From the NCBI GenBank assembly GCA_963828255.1, contig CAWHDZ010000025.1, positions 64,001 through 128,000 on the forward strand: a stretch of 64,000 bases of DNA. Direction: 5' to 3'. Of the stretch, positions 61,568 to 64,000 are shown one piece after another. How positions within the stretch are numbered: position 1 is the stretch's first letter; every line of letters starts with the position of its first letter. The notes beneath the pieces are model-generated. The model saw only the letters and a program-made list of their open reading frames with translations. It had not been told where the DNA came from and did not search any database. The position numbers were made by a program, and so were the translations under genes. This stretch comes from an uncultured delta proteobacterium (GTDB lineage: Bacteria; Myxococcota; Myxococcia; Myxococcales; Anaeromyxobacteraceae).

Positions 61568-62011
61568 TCACCCGTCCTCGCCATCCTTCCCTGCACGCTT
61601 GGCCGCCACCTCGGCCGCCACGTCCGCGAGCGCCTTCTCGCCGGCGCCGCCGGCCGGCAACTGCTCGCCCTTCGCGTCCGGGGCGCGGCCGGTCATGTGC
61701 ACCTCGCCCGGCCGCCAGCCCGGGGTGACGGTGGCGGCGAGGTCACGGGCGCCCTGGCGGGCGGTGCCGGTCGCCTTGCGGAACGCCCACTGGAAGAACA
61801 GGGCGAAGCCGATGAAGGGAAGGAAGACCACGAAGAGGCCGCCGAGCAGCGGGGCGAGGAGGAGGGCCACGAGCCAGTGGATGCGCAGGTAGCGATCCGA
61901 GGAGTTCCCGGGGAGCCTGCCCCCGTCCTTCTCCACCGGGGTGACGCTCCAGGCCCTGGGATTCCAGTAGTAACCGCCGGGGACGCTGCTTCCGCCGTTG
62001 AACCGTGCCAT
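61568..62011 (-). CDS. Hypothetical membrane protein (paralog of 62025..62444)
   Basis: GAGG RBS; shares GGYY, LGGLxVVFLPFIG and DLAATVTPGWxPGE with its neighbour. Confidence 0.8.
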   Translation of the reverse strand: MARFNGGSSVPGGYYWNPRAWSVTPVEKDGGRLPGNSSDRYLRIHWLVALLLAPLLGGLFVVFLPFIGFALFFQWAFRKATGTARQGARDLAATVTPGWRPGEVHMTGRAPDAKGEQLPAGGAGEKALADVAAEVAAKRAGKDGEDG

Positions 62012-62024
62012 GGCGTGCCTCTCG

Positions 62025-62444
62025 TTATGACCGGCGCTTCGCGTCGATCTCCTTGGCCAGCTCCTCCAGCTTCGCCTCCTTGGAGGGCGCTTCCTCGGCC
62101 GCCTTCTCCTCGGACCGCTTGCCGGTGAAGTGCGCCTCTCCGGGCTGCCAGCCGGGGGTCACGGTCGCGGCCAGGTCCTGGGCCGAGCGCTGGAACATGC
62201 CGACCAGCGGGCGGATGGCGGCCTGCGCCGTCAGGTAGAGGCCGATGAAGGGGAGGAAGACCACCATCAGGCCGCCCAGGACCGGCATGAGCATGAGGGC
62301 CGCCGCGGTGTTCAGCTTCACGTAGTGCTCGGCCGCCTGGCCGGGGAGCTTCTGTCCGTCCTTCTCGATGGGGAAGATCTCCCAGTTGCTCTTCGAGAGG
62401 TAGTAGCCGCCCTGCACCGCGCTGCCGCCGCTGATCGTCGTCAT
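62025..62444 (-). CDS. Hypothetical membrane protein (paralog of 61568..62011)
   Basis: AAGGAG RBS; same shared motifs. Confidence 0.8.
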   Translation of the reverse strand: MTTISGGSAVQGGYYLSKSNWEIFPIEKDGQKLPGQAAEHYVKLNTAAALMLMPVLGGLMVVFLPFIGLYLTAQAAIRPLVGMFQRSAQDLAATVTPGWQPGEAHFTGKRSEEKAAEEAPSKEAKLEELAKEIDAKRRS

Positions 62445-62659
62445 GGTGTCGTCTCCTTCACTCCGGGTTGGATGCTCTCTTCACCGAGGAGTGTCGTCGA
62501 TCGGGCCCGGCTTCGATATTGGGCGCACTCCCGGGTCGGCGTGGAAAGAGTCCGGTCGGGGCCTGCCCGGCTGCCGGGTGCGGGTGGGGTGGAGGACCGG
62601 GGATGGACGCCGGAAAACACCCGACCCCGGATGGGGCCTGCGACGAAATCCCGATGGTT

Positions 62660-63517
62660 TCAGGGCTCTTCCGGGGGGCCCAGCGCCCGGTCGAGGGCTT
62701 CCCATTCGTCCACGGTCAGGGTCTCGCCACGGCGCCCCGGATCGACCGCCGCGGCGGCGAAAGCCGCCTCCAGGGCCTCCCGCGGGGCGATGCGGGCGGC
62801 CTCCAGCGCGTTCCGCAGGGTCTTCCTGCGCTGCCCGAAACCGCCCTTCACCAGGAGTCGAAAGCGTCCCGCGTCGGCGACGTGCGGCTCGCGCCCGTGC
62901 AGGTCGATGCGCACCACCGCGCTGTCCACGCGCGGCGGCGGATGGAAGGCGCCGCGGGGCACGATGCGATCGATCTCCACGTGGCCGTGCTGCTGCAGCA
63001 GCACCGAGAGCAGCCCCCACTCCTTGGTGCCCGGCCCGGCGGCCAGCCGCTCGGCCACCTCGCGCTGCACCAGCAACACCGCGCGTGAAACGGCCTCGGC
63101 CTGGTCGAGGAGGGCGAAGAGGATGGGGCTGGTCAGGTGGTAGGGGATGTTGCCGGCCACCGCCACCCTCCCCGGCTGGATCCCGCCCGGCGCCTGGGCG
63201 GCCAGCGCGGCGAAGTCGGCCCGGGCCGCGTCGGCCTCGACCAGCCGGACCGCCCCGTCGTCGAACTCGGCGCGCAGCACCCGCGCCATGTCCCGGTCGC
63301 GCTCCACCGCCACCACCCGGGCCCCGTGGGCCACCAGCCGCTCGGTGAGGTGGCCGAGGCCGGCGCCGATCTCCACCACCACCTCGCCGGGGCGCTCCAC
63401 GGCGAGGCGCGCGATTCCGTCGAGGATCGACACGTCGCCGAGGAAGTTCTGGCCCCAGCTCTTCTTGGCCTCGAGGCCGTGCCGGTCGAGCAGCACGCGG
63501 GGGGACGGGTGGGCCAA
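62660..63517 (-). CDS. rsmA: 16S rRNA m6,2A dimethyltransferase
   Basis: KKSWGQNFL, EIGAGLG, GNIPY, VQREVAER, PPPRVDS, QRRKTLRN. Confidence 0.95.
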   Translation of the reverse strand: MAHPSPRVLLDRHGLEAKKSWGQNFLGDVSILDGIARLAVERPGEVVVEIGAGLGHLTERLVAHGARVVAVERDRDMARVLRAEFDDGAVRLVEADAARADFAALAAQAPGGIQPGRVAVAGNIPYHLTSPILFALLDQAEAVSRAVLLVQREVAERLAAGPGTKEWGLLSVLLQQHGHVEIDRIVPRGAFHPPPRVDSAVVRIDLHGREPHVADAGRFRLLVKGGFGQRRKTLRNALEAARIAPREALEAAFAAAAVDPGRRGETLTVDEWEALDRALGPPEEP

Positions 63518-63518
63518 C

Positions 63519-64000
63519 TCAGCACCCCACCGATCCGAGGCGCCAGGCCGGGTCGGCCTCGAGCGCCGGTCCGGCCCGCTCCCCGCGCTCGAGCGCACGC
63601 GTCCCGGCCACCGCGATCATGGCGGCGTTGTCGGTGCAGTGGCGCGGCGGCGGCAGGAAGACCCGCATCCCCTCGTACTCCGCGGCCCGGCCGGTCACCA
63701 CCTCCCGGAGCCTCCCGTTGGCCGCCACGCCGCCGGAAAGCACCACCCGGTCGAGCTGCAGCTCGCGCGCGGCCCGGAAGAGCTTGGCCGAGAGCGCGCC
63801 CACGATGGCCTCCTGGTAGCTGGCGCACAGGTCGGAGAGCTCCTGCCCCTCCGGCACGCCGTGCGACCGCACCCTGTGGAGCAGCGCCGTCTTCAGGCCG
63901 GAGAAGCTGAAGGCCAGCGGCCCTCCCTTCACGACGGCGCGGGGGAATTTCACCGCTTGTGAATTCCCGCCCCGGGCCAGCCGGTCGATGGCCACCCCGC
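63519..64000 (-). CDS. tsaD: tRNA threonylcarbamoyladenosine transferase TsaD (C-terminal part)
   Basis: FSFSGLKTA, SGGVAAN, CTDNAAMIA. Confidence 0.93.
   Translation of the reverse strand, partial: GVAIDRLARGGNSQAVKFPRAVVKGGPLAFSFSGLKTALLHRVRSHGVPEGQELSDLCASYQEAIVGALSAKLFRAARELQLDRVVLSGGVAANGRLREVVTGRAAEYEGMRVFLPPPRHCTDNAAMIAVAGTRALERGERAGPALEADPAWRLGSVGC

Overview
High-GC chromosomal segment that looks like an Anaeromyxobacter-type Myxococcota genome, inferred from mglBA next to recR-ybaB-dnaX, a recA1-type gene, a eukaryote-like citrate synthase and kinase/FHA signalling genes. Most of the window is housekeeping: nth, ltaE, pssA, pgpA, cinA, recA, comM, mglAB, recR, dnaX, SRP RNA, two tRNA-Ser, tadA, truD, acnA, gltA, pckG, smpB, panBC, rsmA and tsaD. 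It also holds a 7-gene Ehr (hydrogenase-related, no NiFe ligands) membrane complex preceded by an FHA-GAF-cyclase and an HTH-PTS EIIA regulator, plus a toxin-antitoxin pair. The standout is a tightly packed minus-strand operon at 41160-48806 that looks like a RiPP system. It encodes a 61-aa precursor with a lasso-type leader (Y-17/P-14/I-12/T-2), a B2 leader peptidase fused to a C-terminal PqqD/RRE, a radical SAM/SPASM-like enzyme, a nucleotidyltransferase, an HprK-like kinase and two beta-propeller lipoproteins. No lasso cyclase is present in the window. Three single-base frameshifts (cinA, a TPR-PEGA gene, the first ehrA) are probably sequencing errors. All calls come from reading motifs by eye; no database searches were run.
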